DNA from: Atribacterota bacterium
Lineage (GTDB): Bacteria > Atribacterota > Phoenicimicrobiia > Phoenicimicrobiales > Stramentimicrobiaceae
Direction: 5' to 3'
Length of the DNA stretch: 64,000 nucleotides
Assembly: GCA_040767965.1 (NCBI GenBank)
Contig: JAXGNR010000007.1
Span: 96,001-160,000 of the forward strand
In this document: positions 50,726 to 61,160 of the stretch, in pieces
Layout: each line of letters opens with the position of its first letter
How positions within the stretch are numbered: the stretch's first letter is position 1
Program-made: the position numbers and the translations under genes
Notes under the pieces: model-generated
The model's input: the letters and a program-made list of their open reading frames with translations, nothing else
What the model was told of the DNA's origin: nothing
The model's database searches: none

Positions 50726-52938
50726 TAAATTGTCCTCCGCCAAACCTTTTCAAGTTGGGATATTTCTAAATCAATTAAATCATTGATTCTAAATCTAGTA
50801 CCTTTTACTTTCCCTAAAATAAGCATAGGCACTTTATATTTGTTGGTAATTTCCTGTAATAAGCTTAGGTGTTTCTCTGGAAGAGACACTACAATCCTGG
50901 ATTGTGTTTCACCAAATAAAAGAGCATCTGTTCTAATATCAGGTTTAATTTCCAGATTAATTCCTTTTTTACCAGCAATGCAGCTTTCAGCTAAAGCAAT
51001 AGCCAGCCCACCATCTGAGCAATCATGAGCTGAGGAAAGGATTCCGGACTGAATACTTTCTCTGCAGGCATTCTGAACTGATTTTTCCATTGCTAAATCA
51101 ATCATAGGAGGAACTCCTTTTTCAATGCCATGGATTACTTGCAGATATTCACTTCCGCCTATTTCTTCTTTGTTTTCCCCAATAAGCACTATAACATCAC
51201 CATCATTTTTAAACTCCATAGTGCAAATTTTTTGTGAATCTTCAATTAAGCCAACCATCCCAATAATAGGCGTTGGATATATGGCTAACCCGTTACTCTC
51301 GTTATTTAAACTGACATTACCGCTAATAACGGGTATGCCCAGCATTTTACATGACTCACTAATCCCTTTCACTGATTGCTCTAATTGCCAGAATATTTCT
51401 TCTTTTTCAGGATTGCCAAAATTAAGATTATCAGTTATAGCCATCGGTACAGCTCCTTTGCAAGAAAGGTTGCGGGCTGCTTCAGCAACAGCAATCTTTC
51501 CACCTGCAAAAGGATCGAGATAACAATATCTTCCATTTCCATCAACTGTAAAGGCTAGAGATTTTTTGCTTCCTTTTATCTTTATTATACCAGCATCATC
51601 ACCCGGGAATAATATTACTTCTGTTCCCTGGGCACTAATTTTCTTATTATCTTTATAAATCCATTCTTTATTGCAGATATTTGGTGCAGACAATATTTTC
51701 AATATGGTTTCATTATAATCTTCAGGCAGTGAAACATTATCTAAAGTTAACTGTTGAATTGTCTTTAATTCAACAGGTTCTCTGCCCTGGTAATTGCGAA
51801 TAGGTGCACCTTCTGCCAGAGATTTTGCAGGCACCTCACCTACAATTTTGCCTCCCTTTTTCAGGCTAAGCATTCCATCAGTAGTAACTCTACCTACAGT
51901 TGTACATTCTATGTCCCATTTGTCGAATATTGCTTTGATATCTTTTTCCTTTTCTTTGTCTGCAATTATCAACATTCTTTCTTGTGTTTCTGAGAGCATA
52001 ATTTCTCTCGGAGTAATATTTTCCTCCTGTAAGGGTACTAATGAGAGGTCTAGCTCAATTCCCTGACCTCCTTTGCTGGCCATTTCACAAGAAGAACTAA
52101 CTAACCCTGCGGCACCTAAATCCTGCATTCCTAAAATAAGTTTCTTTTCTGCCAATTCCAAACAGGCTTCAATGATTTTCTTTTCCAAAAATGGGTTTCC
52201 TTGAGGAATAGGAGGATGTTCAACCTGCTCTTCCCCTTCTAATTCGCGAGAGGCAAAACTGGCGCTTCCAACCCCATCCCTGCCCGTCTTTTCTCCTGCT
52301 AAAATTACAATACTGTCAATCTTATTGGCTACAGCAACTACAATATCTTCTTTTTTTACCAAACCAACACACATAGCATTAACTAATGGATTTCCCTGAT
52401 AACTATCTAAAAAATTTATTTCTCCACCAATAGTCGGAACCTCAATATTGTTACCATAAAAAGATAATCCCCTGGCTGCTTCTTGCACTAAATATTTCAC
52501 ATGAGAATCTTCGAATTTTCCGAAACGTAAAGAACCTAATAAGGCAACAGGGCGTGCACCCATTGCCAGGATATCTCTTACTACTCCTCCTGATCCAGTA
52601 GCTGCACCATAAAAAGGTTCAACTGCTGACGGGTGGTTATGACTTTCTATCTTCATGGTCATTGCCAGTCCTTCTCCTATATCAATAGCTCCTGCATTTT
52701 CTCCTGGACCGAACAACACCCATTCTGCTTTTGTTGGAAAAAGTTTTAAAACGGGCTTTGAACTTTTATAGCTACAATGCTCAGACCACATAGCTGAATA
52801 CAAACTTAATTCAACATTGTTAGGTTTTCTTTTTAAAGTTTTTTCAATTTCCTGATACTCTTCCTTGGTGAGATCATTTTCTTCTAAAATTTTTCCTAAA
52901 TTTTTATCTTCCTGGTATATTTTATCCATCTTATCCAT
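50725..52938 (-). CDS. purL: FGAM synthase PurL subunit, divergent second paralogue
   Basis: [22 protein letters not shown] and GNVS kept; VQxGDP replaced by IPQGNP, SESQ by SETQ, and QYD lost. Confidence 0.85.
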   Translation of the reverse strand: MDKMDKIYQEDKNLGKILEENDLTKEEYQEIEKTLKRKPNNVELSLYSAMWSEHCSYKSSKPVLKLFPTKAEWVLFGPGENAGAIDIGEGLAMTMKIESHNHPSAVEPFYGAATGSGGVVRDILAMGARPVALLGSLRFGKFEDSHVKYLVQEAARGLSFYGNNIEVPTIGGEINFLDSYQGNPLVNAMCVGLVKKEDIVVAVANKIDSIVILAGEKTGRDGVGSASFASRELEGEEQVEHPPIPQGNPFLEKKIIEACLELAEKKLILGMQDLGAAGLVSSSCEMASKGGQGIELDLSLVPLQEENITPREIMLSETQERMLIIADKEKEKDIKAIFDKWDIECTTVGRVTTDGMLSLKKGGKIVGEVPAKSLAEGAPIRNYQGREPVELKTIQQLTLDNVSLPEDYNETILKILSAPNICNKEWIYKDNKKISAQGTEVILFPGDDAGIIKIKGSKKSLAFTVDGNGRYCYLDPFAGGKIAVAEAARNLSCKGAVPMAITDNLNFGNPEKEEIFWQLEQSVKGISESCKMLGIPVISGNVSLNNESNGLAIYPTPIIGMVGLIEDSQKICTMEFKNDGDVIVLIGENKEEIGGSEYLQVIHGIEKGVPPMIDLAMEKSVQNACRESIQSGILSSAHDCSDGGLAIALAESCIAGKKGINLEIKPDIRTDALLFGETQSRIVVSLPEKHLSLLQEITNKYKVPMLILGKVKGTRFRINDLIDLEISQLEKVWRRTI

Positions 52939-53011
52939 TTTTAGCTCCTTATAATAAAACTAAAATTCAACTTTCAAACATATTTAAGAAATTAACAGGC
53001 TCTAAAGAAAT

Positions 53012-55210
53012 TTACCTTGTTTCATCCTGTTTATTCCATATTTTTTCCAATTTGGTTAGAGGAATGTTAATCAATTTGTTAATTTTCAATGAGTCGCCCC
53101 CAACCATTCCTATTTGCTGAAAAGGAATTTTTTCTTCCTGGGCGATATTAATTATCTCTTGCACTTTTTCAGGTTTAGCACTAACAATAATCCGGGACTG
53201 GCTTTCTCCAAAAAGTAAGCAATCAGGGCGAAAATCGGTATTTATATCTATTGTAGCACCTTTTCCACCAGTTATGCATGATTCAGCCAGGGCAATTGCT
53301 AATCCGCCTATAGCGCAATCATGTGCAGATGTCAGCAATCCTTTGGAAATCAATCTTCTACAGGCAGATTGTACTTTTTTTTCTATTTGTAAATCAAGAA
53401 AAGGAGGTATTCCTTTTCTTATACCGTGGATAAATGCCAAATATTCACTTCCGCCCATTTCGTTCTTATTTTCCCCTAATAGAAAAATAATATCGTTCTC
53501 TGACTTGAAATCAAGAGTACAAATGTTCTTATAATTATCTAAGACACCAACCATTCCTACTACTGGGGTGGGGTCAATAGGTTTTCCATTATTCTCATTA
53601 TAAAGACTTACATTCCCGCTAATTACTGGAGTATTAAAGAATTTACAAGCCTTTGCCAATCCTTTAATCGCCTGTACCAGCTGCCAGTAGCTATCACTAT
53701 TTTCCGGGGCTCCAAAATTAAGGCAATTTGTCACTGCCTTTGGAAAAGCACCTTTGCAGGAAATATTGCGGGCTGCTTCTGCAACAGCTATTTGAGCTCC
53801 TATAAAAGGATCGAGCAGACAATATCTTCCGTTCCCTTCAGTAGTTAAAGCAATGGCTTTCCTGGAGCCTTTTATTCTTAAAACTGCTGCATCATCTCCT
53901 GGCGGAATTAAAGTATTGATTTGCACTGTGTGGTCATATTGTTGAAAAATATTTTTTTTACAGAAAATATTAGGAGAAGCGAGCATTTGTAGCAAAATAT
54001 CATTATATTCTTCAGCTTCTTTTATCTCACCTATATCAAACCGGTTTAAGTTTTTTTGCCATACTGGCTCTTTTATCGTCCTTTGAATTACAGGGACTCC
54101 TTCTGTTAATGCCTTTACAGGAATATTTGCCAGTATTTTTTTATCATCTTTTATAATGAACTTTTTTTCTTTAATTACTTTACCTATTAAAGCAGAATCC
54201 AAATCCCATTTCTCCAGGATATTAAAAACAGATTCTTCTTTACCTTTTTCCACAACAACTATCATTCTTTCTTGTGATTCAGATAGCATAATCTCAAAAG
54301 GATTCATTCCCGCTTCTCTTTGAGGAACTTGCGATAAATCTATTTCTAAGCCACAATTACCCCTTGAAGCCATTTCGCTTAAAGAGCTTGTTAGCCCAGC
54401 TGCGCCACAGTCTTGCATGCCAATTATCTCTTTCAATTTAACTAATTCCAGGCAAGCTTCTATTAATAACTTTTCTGAAAAAGGATCGCCTATTTGAACA
54501 GCCGGACGGTCTTCTTCTGATTTATTACTGAGTTCAACAGAAGCAAAAGCTGCTCCTCCTATACCGTCTCGGCCAGTTTTAGCTCCAATTAAAATAACAG
54601 AATTTCCAGCCCCTTTCGCAATTGCATTAATAATATGTCCTTTCTTTACCAGCCCTACACTCATCACGTTAACTAAAATATTACCCTGATAGCTTTCAGA
54701 AAAAATGGTTTCTCCTCCAACTGTCGGCACTCCAACGCAATTACCATAAAAAGAAATACCTCCAACTACACCAGCGCATAAATATCTGGTACGATTATCA
54801 TCGTAATTGCCAAAAAACAAAGAATCTAAAAGCGCTATAGGGCGAGCACCCATAGTAAAAATATCTCTTAAAATTCCTCCTACTCCCGTAGCTGCACCCT
54901 GAAAAGGCTCTATTGCAGAAGGGTGGTTATGACTTTCCATCTTCATTACTACAAATTCTTCTTCGCCTATATCAATAATACCGGCATTCTCGCCCGGTCC
55001 CTGGATAACAAAATCAGCCTTTGTAGGCAGTATTTTTAATAAATGCCGGGTATTTTTATAACTGCAATGTTCACTCCACATAACAGCAAACATACTTAAC
55101 TCTAACTCATTCGGTTCTCGTTTTAATAGTTGCAGGATTTGCTGATATTCTCCAGCGGTTAGTTGCCATTTTTCCCAAAACTTTTTTGTTTTAAATTTAT
55201 TGCCCTTCAT
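53012..55210 (-). CDS. purL: FGAM synthase PurL subunit, canonical paralogue
   Basis: [43 protein letters not shown]. Confidence 0.93.
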   Translation of the reverse strand: MKGNKFKTKKFWEKWQLTAGEYQQILQLLKREPNELELSMFAVMWSEHCSYKNTRHLLKILPTKADFVIQGPGENAGIIDIGEEEFVVMKMESHNHPSAIEPFQGAATGVGGILRDIFTMGARPIALLDSLFFGNYDDNRTRYLCAGVVGGISFYGNCVGVPTVGGETIFSESYQGNILVNVMSVGLVKKGHIINAIAKGAGNSVILIGAKTGRDGIGGAAFASVELSNKSEEDRPAVQIGDPFSEKLLIEACLELVKLKEIIGMQDCGAAGLTSSLSEMASRGNCGLEIDLSQVPQREAGMNPFEIMLSESQERMIVVVEKGKEESVFNILEKWDLDSALIGKVIKEKKFIIKDDKKILANIPVKALTEGVPVIQRTIKEPVWQKNLNRFDIGEIKEAEEYNDILLQMLASPNIFCKKNIFQQYDHTVQINTLIPPGDDAAVLRIKGSRKAIALTTEGNGRYCLLDPFIGAQIAVAEAARNISCKGAFPKAVTNCLNFGAPENSDSYWQLVQAIKGLAKACKFFNTPVISGNVSLYNENNGKPIDPTPVVGMVGVLDNYKNICTLDFKSENDIIFLLGENKNEMGGSEYLAFIHGIRKGIPPFLDLQIEKKVQSACRRLISKGLLTSAHDCAIGGLAIALAESCITGGKGATIDINTDFRPDCLLFGESQSRIIVSAKPEKVQEIINIAQEEKIPFQQIGMVGGDSLKINKLINIPLTKLEKIWNKQDETR

Positions 55211-55223
55211 GTTTTGCTCCTTT

Positions 55224-55937
55224 TTAAATCTGGCAATTAGAAATGTTTTCTTTTAATGTCAAAATTATGGATTCAAATAATAAAAGACCATCCTTGGAAC
55301 CTAGACAGCTTTCAGCACTTCTTTCGGGATGTGGCATTAAACCCAATACATTTTTTTCTTTATTGCATACTCCAGCTATATTCAGCAAAGAGCCATTTGG
55401 GTTTGCCTGATTATTTATATTTCCGATTGAATCACAATAACGAAATATAATTTGTCTATTTTTTATTAATTCATCAAGGGTGTTCTTATCAGCATAGTAG
55501 CATCCCTCTCCATGGGCAATAGGAATTTTTAAAACTTGATTTGGATGGTATTTAGTGGTAAAAGGGGTATTAATATTTTCAATTTTAATAGTTTGTTGCT
55601 GACAGATAAAATGCAAGCATCTATTTTTAATTAAAGTTCCAGGCAAAAGCCCTGCTTCGGTTAACATTTGAAAGCCATTACAAATACCCATCACCAATCC
55701 TCCTTTTTGAGCAAATTCTATTATTGCTTTCATTACAGGAGAGTATCTGGCAATAGCTCCTACCCTTAAATAGTCACCATAAGTAAATCCTCCTGGTAAA
55801 ATCAAACAGTCAAAACCAGCCAATTCCACATCTTTATGCCATACCCATACAACCTGAACTTTCAGAACATTCTGCAAAACATAATAACAATCATAATCAC
55901 AATTTGTGCCGGGAAATTGAACGACTCCAAATTTCAT
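55224..55937 (-). CDS. purQ: FGAM synthase glutaminase subunit
   Basis: [30 protein letters not shown]. Confidence 0.95.
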   Translation of the reverse strand: MKFGVVQFPGTNCDYDCYYVLQNVLKVQVVWVWHKDVELAGFDCLILPGGFTYGDYLRVGAIARYSPVMKAIIEFAQKGGLVMGICNGFQMLTEAGLLPGTLIKNRCLHFICQQQTIKIENINTPFTTKYHPNQVLKIPIAHGEGCYYADKNTLDELIKNRQIIFRYCDSIGNINNQANPNGSLLNIAGVCNKEKNVLGLMPHPERSAESCLGSKDGLLLFESIILTLKENISNCQI

Positions 55938-56186
55938 TTATTGTTCCTCTATTTCATATTCAAAATCTTCAATGATTGGGTTAACAAGAATTTTTTGACA
56001 CATATCTGTTACTCTTTTCGCAATTTCTTCTTTGCTTTCTCCCTTAACCTGCAGTTCAATCAACTTACCAATCCTTACGCTACTTATCTCATCAAATCCC
56101 AGGGACAACAAAGCTTGTTGTGTTGCTTTTCCCTGGGCATCAAGAATACCTTTTTTTAATATTATATTTATTTTTACAACCCACAT
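55938..56186 (-). CDS. purS: FGAM synthase PurS subunit
   Basis: LK.GILD.QG, VRIGK, L.NPIIE. Confidence 0.92.
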   Translation of the reverse strand: MWVVKINIILKKGILDAQGKATQQALLSLGFDEISSVRIGKLIELQVKGESKEEIAKRVTDMCQKILVNPIIEDFEYEIEEQ

Positions 56187-56263
56187 TTTAAATCGTTCAC
56201 TCCTTCCAAGAGTCTCTATTCCCTTTGTCCATTTTTTATTTAACCAAATCTTCCTCTTAATTT

Positions 56264-57289
56264 CTAAATAAACTCAGGAATTGCCTGTAAAAGTTCCTTT
56301 AACTCAGGAATCCCTTTAAACCATTCTCTGCCAGTTATTTCATTTGCAAATGCGCAATAGATATTAGAAATCAGGTTTTTTAAAGGTACAGGCAAGCTTT
56401 CTGGTTGAATAGTTACTAATTTTTTCCAATTCTGAAAATCTTTCCCTTTAGCAGCAGATAAATCCTTATACCAATGACTTTTTCGATAATACAATCTGGC
56501 AATCTCTTTACTGATAGGTATACCCTTGAAAGTAAATCGGCATTCATCCAAGGTGCCTAAAACATCTACCAGTACAATATTCTGCTTATCATCCAGAGCA
56601 AATTCAAATTTGCCATCTTCATTTTTCAAACCAAGCTTTTCCACTTCCTGAGTTATTATTTGGTTTATTGTTAGTGCTAATTTTTTTATTTCGTCAGCTT
56701 TTTCAACAGATAAACCGGCTATTTCTCTTGCATCTTCCCAGGTAATATATCTATCAGTAGGTTCTAATTTTGTTGAAACATCAAGATAAGCTTGTTTTAA
56801 ATCAATATCATTTTCAGGAATCGTTGTTAAGCCAAAATCAGCAGGATGCAGGCTACCATTTTGTAATCTTTTATAGGCACTGGATTCTTTGGTAAGAGAA
56901 TTGCGGTATATAACTTCTAAAGGAATCAGATAATTTCCCTTTAGCTGTTTATAAAAATCATACTCATATTTATTATTAGAACTTAAGTTGGGATGTAATA
57001 CTCTAAAAAGTTTTGTCTCCAGGATTGGAAGAGGTTTTTTAATTTCAGAAAGTTTTTTAACTTTATCTTCTTCTATCAATCCTAAATAATGTGTTGATAT
57101 ATTTTTTTCTTGTAATTTTTCAAAAAAATACGCCGCAGCTATACAAAGAGCTAAACCTTTATTGTCAATATGGTCAGGCATTTCCCCCCAATCAAAAACA
57201 GAATAGCGATCAGAAAACACAAATCTTCCTCTGCCTGCTTTTTCTTTGGTGGGACTTTCTAATATTATTAAGTCTTTTACACTTCCCAT
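56264..57289 (-). CDS. purC: SAICAR synthetase, long form of about 340 aa usually seen in archaea
   Basis: MGSVKDL, FSDRYSVFDWG, PLEVIYRN, STK, DGKFEF, DE.RF. Confidence 0.9.
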   Translation of the reverse strand: MGSVKDLIILESPTKEKAGRGRFVFSDRYSVFDWGEMPDHIDNKGLALCIAAAYFFEKLQEKNISTHYLGLIEEDKVKKLSEIKKPLPILETKLFRVLHPNLSSNNKYEYDFYKQLKGNYLIPLEVIYRNSLTKESSAYKRLQNGSLHPADFGLTTIPENDIDLKQAYLDVSTKLEPTDRYITWEDAREIAGLSVEKADEIKKLALTINQIITQEVEKLGLKNEDGKFEFALDDKQNIVLVDVLGTLDECRFTFKGIPISKEIARLYYRKSHWYKDLSAAKGKDFQNWKKLVTIQPESLPVPLKNLISNIYCAFANEITGREWFKGIPELKELLQAIPEFI

Positions 57290-57317
57290 TTATTTTTTTC
57301 CTTTTTTTCTGATTTTT

Positions 57318-57797
57318 TTATATTCCCTTATTAATTTCCTGATTTTTTACTGTTTCAGCCATTTTACTTATATAATTTTCCAGCTTTTCTTTTATCCGAG
57401 AGCTTCCTAGAGCCAATATCCTGGCAGCTAACAAAGCAGCATTAGCTGCATTATTTATGCCGACAGTTGCCACAGGTACCCCCTTTGGCATCTGTACAAT
57501 GGAAAGAAGTGAGTCCATACCTTCTAATGTTTGAGTTTTAATAGGAACACCAATTACAGGTAAAGCAGTCTTGGCAGCAATTACCCCCGGTAAATGTGCC
57601 GCTCCTCCTGCCCCGGAAATAATAACTTTAAATTCTCGATCAGAAAACTGACTTATATACTTAAAAAGAAAATCCGGAGTGCGATGAGCTGAAATAGCTC
57701 TCATCTCATAACCTATTCCCAGTTCTTCTAAGATTTCAGAAGCTTTGTCCATAATATTCATATCAGAAATACTTCCCATTATGATACTTACATCCAT
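57318..57797 (-). CDS. purE: N5-CAIR mutase / AIR carboxylase
   Basis: IIMGS.SD, SAHRTP, AG.AAHLPG, SIVQMP.GVPVATV. Confidence 0.95.
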   Translation of the reverse strand: MDVSIIMGSISDMNIMDKASEILEELGIGYEMRAISAHRTPDFLFKYISQFSDREFKVIISGAGGAAHLPGVIAAKTALPVIGVPIKTQTLEGMDSLLSIVQMPKGVPVATVGINNAANAALLAARILALGSSRIKEKLENYISKMAETVKNQEINKGI

Positions 57798-57844
57798 ATT
57801 ATAGCTCCTTTCTATTTTATTAGAAAATATGTCTTTCTAAAAAT

Positions 57845-57904
57845 AAAAAATCCCAAGACAAGAGGTCTTCCAAATAAGAGTGGAACCTCTCCGTCTGGGA
57901 TTTT
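57845..57904 (-). terminator. Terminator of the pur leader (riboswitch expression platform)
   Basis: Minus strand AAAATCCCAGACGGAGAGGTTCCA...TGGAAGACCTCTTGTCTTGGGATTTTTT, overlapping the 3' end of the PRPP aptamer. Confidence 0.85.
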
Positions 57905-58006
57905 AACCCTACGGTGTAGTATATAACATACACTTTGCACCACTTGGTTCAAACCCTGTTATAGCAATAGATATAACAGATGGATCCCTAAGATGCACTT
58001 CCACTC
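57878..58006 (-). ncRNA. PRPP riboswitch aptamer (ykkC subtype 2b)
   Basis: GAGTGGAAGTGCATCTTAGGGATCC...GAACCAAGTGGTGCA...ACACCGTAGGGTTAAAATCCCAGACGGAGAGGTTCCACTC. P0 GAGTGGAA/TTCCACTC; bulged G retained; sits upstream of the pur operon. Confidence 0.85.
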
Positions 58007-58073
58007 GTAGCCATTTGTGATTTACGGTCACTTGGTAGAAACGTTTTCGCCATATTCGAAAACTTATACGAGT
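58003..58073 (-). ncRNA. Purine (guanine) riboswitch aptamer
   Basis: P1 ACTCGTA/TACGAGT; P2 GTTTTCG-AATATGG-CGAAAAC; J2/3 GTTTCTAC; L3 CCGTAAA; discriminator base C. Confidence 0.92.
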
Positions 58074-58105
58074 ATTTTTATTCTTTTTATTAAATATCTG
58101 AAAAG

Positions 58106-58134
58106 AATATAGCACCATACCTAATAATTGTCAA
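58106..58134 (-). promoter_or_regulatory. Promoter of the pur operon (extended -10)
   Basis: TTGACA-17 bp-TATATT, with TG extension, on the minus strand. Confidence 0.75.
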
Positions 58135-58177
58135 ATAGGAAACAACTGAAATGGTATGGCATGAAGGTCAATAAAAT

Positions 58178-59134
58178 CTATATTTTATTTTTATTAAAAT
58201 AAAAACGAAATATTATTAAGAGGCCAACACTGAAACTTAAAACAAGCATATAAACCATTGAAAAAAAATTATAATTAAGAGATTTTAGGGTGATTCCGAA
58301 TGATGTTAAAATTAAAAAAATAGAGTATAATTTTTTTAATTTTTCTCCGCCAATATTACAAGTAGAACATACCCCAAAATTTACTCCAACAAAACTTCCC
58401 AAACCCAATAATAAGGATACAGGCAATAGCACCATTCCAGAACGATAATATAGAAAAGCAGCGAAAATACTAGAGACCACTATAGTAACTAAACTTGTAC
58501 CTACAGCATGATGTGTTTTCAAATTTAGAAATACTATCAATATGGGTACCAAGATAAAACCACCACCAACCCCTAAAAACCCCTGCAGGAAACCTACTAA
58601 TAAAGCTATGATAATTATTGGCCAAATGGAAGAGGGTGCATTCTCTTCTTCTAATTTTATTTTTGGTGGTAAGTTTTTAATTGCAGTAAATATTGGAGTT
58701 AATTTTCTTTTTTTATTGTTATCCAGTTGCTGACTTCTAGTTTTTTTTCTAATCGTTAGCAAACCTAAAGTTAAAAGTAATACTATGTATAGTGAACGTA
58801 TATAAATATCAGCTAATTGTAATCTATCCAGATATATCACCAACGGTTGAGAAATTCTGATACCAATAAAACTTACCAAGCCAATAATAACAGATAATCT
58901 GATTAAAGTATTACCTGCTAAATAATGTTTAACTCCTCCCAATGAAGAAACTAGTACTGCAAAAAAAAGCCCAGTGCCAACTGCAGTTGGCATGGGAAGA
59001 CCCATAATATTTAATAATGGGGTAAGAATAAAACATCCTCCTACTCCAAAAAATCCGCTCAAAATACCTATATTGAATCCTATTAAAAGCAATATTACAG
59101 CAGTAAAAATAGTTATTTGATTAAATATATCCAT
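58178..59134 (-). CDS. Sulfite exporter TauE/SafE (TSUP) family protein
   Basis: Duplicated G..SG.(F/L)GVGG.FI..P...AVGT.L repeats. Confidence 0.88.
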   Translation of the reverse strand: MDIFNQITIFTAVILLLIGFNIGILSGFFGVGGCFILTPLLNIMGLPMPTAVGTGLFFAVLVSSLGGVKHYLAGNTLIRLSVIIGLVSFIGIRISQPLVIYLDRLQLADIYIRSLYIVLLLTLGLLTIRKKTRSQQLDNNKKRKLTPIFTAIKNLPPKIKLEEENAPSSIWPIIIIALLVGFLQGFLGVGGGFILVPILIVFLNLKTHHAVGTSLVTIVVSSIFAAFLYYRSGMVLLPVSLLLGLGSFVGVNFGVCSTCNIGGEKLKKLYSIFLILTSFGITLKSLNYNFFSMVYMLVLSFSVGLLIIFRFYFNKNKI

Positions 59135-59244
59135 TTTCTCCCTTTTTTATTGTAGTTTGATTTAAATTATATCCTCTTAAAAATTATTATACTTGGTTAA
59201 AAAATTATAGGTGTATCAATATATTCAGAATGTTTTAATTTTAT

Positions 59245-61122
59245 TTAATTAAAAAATAGTTTTTCAGTAAATATTTCTTGAAAATTTTCATAGCAAGATA
59301 ATTCAATATATTTTGTTTTTTCTCTGATTTCTTGAGCTAAATTCCTTATTTTTTCTGATAACAAAAGCTTTATTGCTCCTCTTCCTGCCGCATTTCCTAT
59401 TGATTTAATTTTGCACAAAGTAACTTTTGGAATGACGTTTAATGTAACCAGGTTTTTTGCATCTAAAACATTGCCAAATGACCCAGCTAATAAAACTATA
59501 TCAATATCATTTTCATTTATATTTGCCAACTCTAATAATATTTTAATCCCTGCACCAATAGCAGCTTTTGCTAATTGGAACTCCCTGATGTCTTTTTGGG
59601 TTAAAAATATAGATATTCCATTAATAGTCTCTTTTTTATCAACAACCAAGAATTTATTTTCATTTTTTTCTTCTATTATTTTTTCAGCCAGGTATTTTTT
59701 ACTAATCTTATTATTTTTATATTCTTCTGATGTTAGCAACCTGCCATCTGGCTTTATCACTTTATAATTAACTAATCCTGCTATTAAATCTATCAGACCG
59801 GAACCGCAGATTCCCTTTGCTTTTGTTTTACCAATAACTCTATATTCTATTTTTTCATCTCTCATCCTAACTGAATCGATAGCCCCATAATCAGCTCTCA
59901 TTCCGTGACTGATTCTTGCACCTTCAAAAGCTGGTCCGGCAGCTGCTGAGCAAGTATATATTTTACCAGCTACACTTAAAACTATCTCTCCATTTGTACC
60001 TAAATCTACCAGCAGAATATTATCTTTCTTCTGCCAGATAGAAATATCAATCATATCAGCTATAGTATCCCCTCCAATATAAGCAGATACATTTGGTGCT
60101 GTATAAACTCCGGCATGGGGAATTAAACAAAAACCGGGTAAATCTCTTGCTTCTTTGTAGATACTGTCAGTAATAACAGGAATGTATGGAGAAACAGCTA
60201 TGTTTTCTACAGGTAACGCCCATAGAAAATGCTGCATGCTAGGATTCCCAACCACAGAAGCCAGATAAATCTGTTGATAATCAATCCCTGCTTTCTTTGA
60301 CAGGGAAATTATAATTCTATTTAATTCTGTAATTAGTTTTTGCTGGAGTTCTTGCAAACCTGCCTTATTCTGTTTACTGAAGTCAATGCGGGAAATAACA
60401 TCATCTCCATAAACATGCTGAGGATTTGCAGATGCTTCCGTAGCAATTGTCTTAAATGTTGACAGATTAAGCAAATATCCTGCAATTGTAGTAGTGCCAA
60501 TATCAAATGCAACCCCATATATATTCTTTCTGGTATCTCCTGGTTCAATAGCTATGATTTTATTCTCATATAAAACAAGTGTTATCTGGAAGTTATTATC
60601 TCTGAGCAGAACAGGAATTTTTGCAAGAATACTTATGGGAATATCATATTTAAAATTATTGTCTTTTATATTATTTTCCAGTTCACTTTTTACCCTTGAC
60701 CAATCAGATCTTTGATCCTGTAAATCTGGTGGCATTAATTTGATAAATACTTTTTTTATTTGAGTTGATGGTTGAAAATCATCGGTTAAATAATTGGAAT
60801 TTACCTTATTTTTAGCAGCAAAATAAGCTTTATTTTTTTCTACATCATCAGGAATAAATAAAGTACTATCCTGGGTAAGATAAGTCTGGCAAGCCAGGCA
60901 TACTCCTTTTTCTATTTCTTCTTCTGTTAGTAATTCTTTTTGATTATCATCTAAATCAAGAATTTTTGGAAAAACTCTAATTTTGCATTTTCCGCAAATT
61001 CCTTTTCCTCCACAGGGAGTCACCAGCACTATATCTGTTTTTTTTAATACATCTAAGGCTAAAGAATTAATTGGAACAATTAATGTTTTTTGCCCGGGAT
61101 TGATTGTTACTTTTATCATCAA
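59245..61122 (-). CDS. ASKHA-type ATP-dependent reductive activator of corrinoid proteins (RACE/RACo/AcsV-like)
   Basis: N-terminal [2Fe-2S] CGGKGICGKC...LACQ; DIGTTT, DLGTNGE, AAGPAFEG, GICGSG, LAGSFG, GNAA. Confidence 0.9.
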   Translation of the reverse strand: MMIKVTINPGQKTLIVPINSLALDVLKKTDIVLVTPCGGKGICGKCKIRVFPKILDLDDNQKELLTEEEIEKGVCLACQTYLTQDSTLFIPDDVEKNKAYFAAKNKVNSNYLTDDFQPSTQIKKVFIKLMPPDLQDQRSDWSRVKSELENNIKDNNFKYDIPISILAKIPVLLRDNNFQITLVLYENKIIAIEPGDTRKNIYGVAFDIGTTTIAGYLLNLSTFKTIATEASANPQHVYGDDVISRIDFSKQNKAGLQELQQKLITELNRIIISLSKKAGIDYQQIYLASVVGNPSMQHFLWALPVENIAVSPYIPVITDSIYKEARDLPGFCLIPHAGVYTAPNVSAYIGGDTIADMIDISIWQKKDNILLVDLGTNGEIVLSVAGKIYTCSAAAGPAFEGARISHGMRADYGAIDSVRMRDEKIEYRVIGKTKAKGICGSGLIDLIAGLVNYKVIKPDGRLLTSEEYKNNKISKKYLAEKIIEEKNENKFLVVDKKETINGISIFLTQKDIREFQLAKAAIGAGIKILLELANINENDIDIVLLAGSFGNVLDAKNLVTLNVIPKVTLCKIKSIGNAAGRGAIKLLLSEKIRNLAQEIREKTKYIELSCYENFQEIFTEKLFFN

Positions 61123-61160
61123 TTATTCAATCTCATCTATTCTATTGGTTTAGTTTATAT

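Noticed and set aside
57909-58118. 69-aa ORF upstream of purE
   Set aside because: It starts within the promoter and overlies the tandem riboswitch, which explains the sequence fully.
672-60715. The many 60-130 aa ORFs antisense to, or out of frame within, larger genes
   Set aside because: They are shadows of well-supported genes, with no RBS or recognisable motifs.
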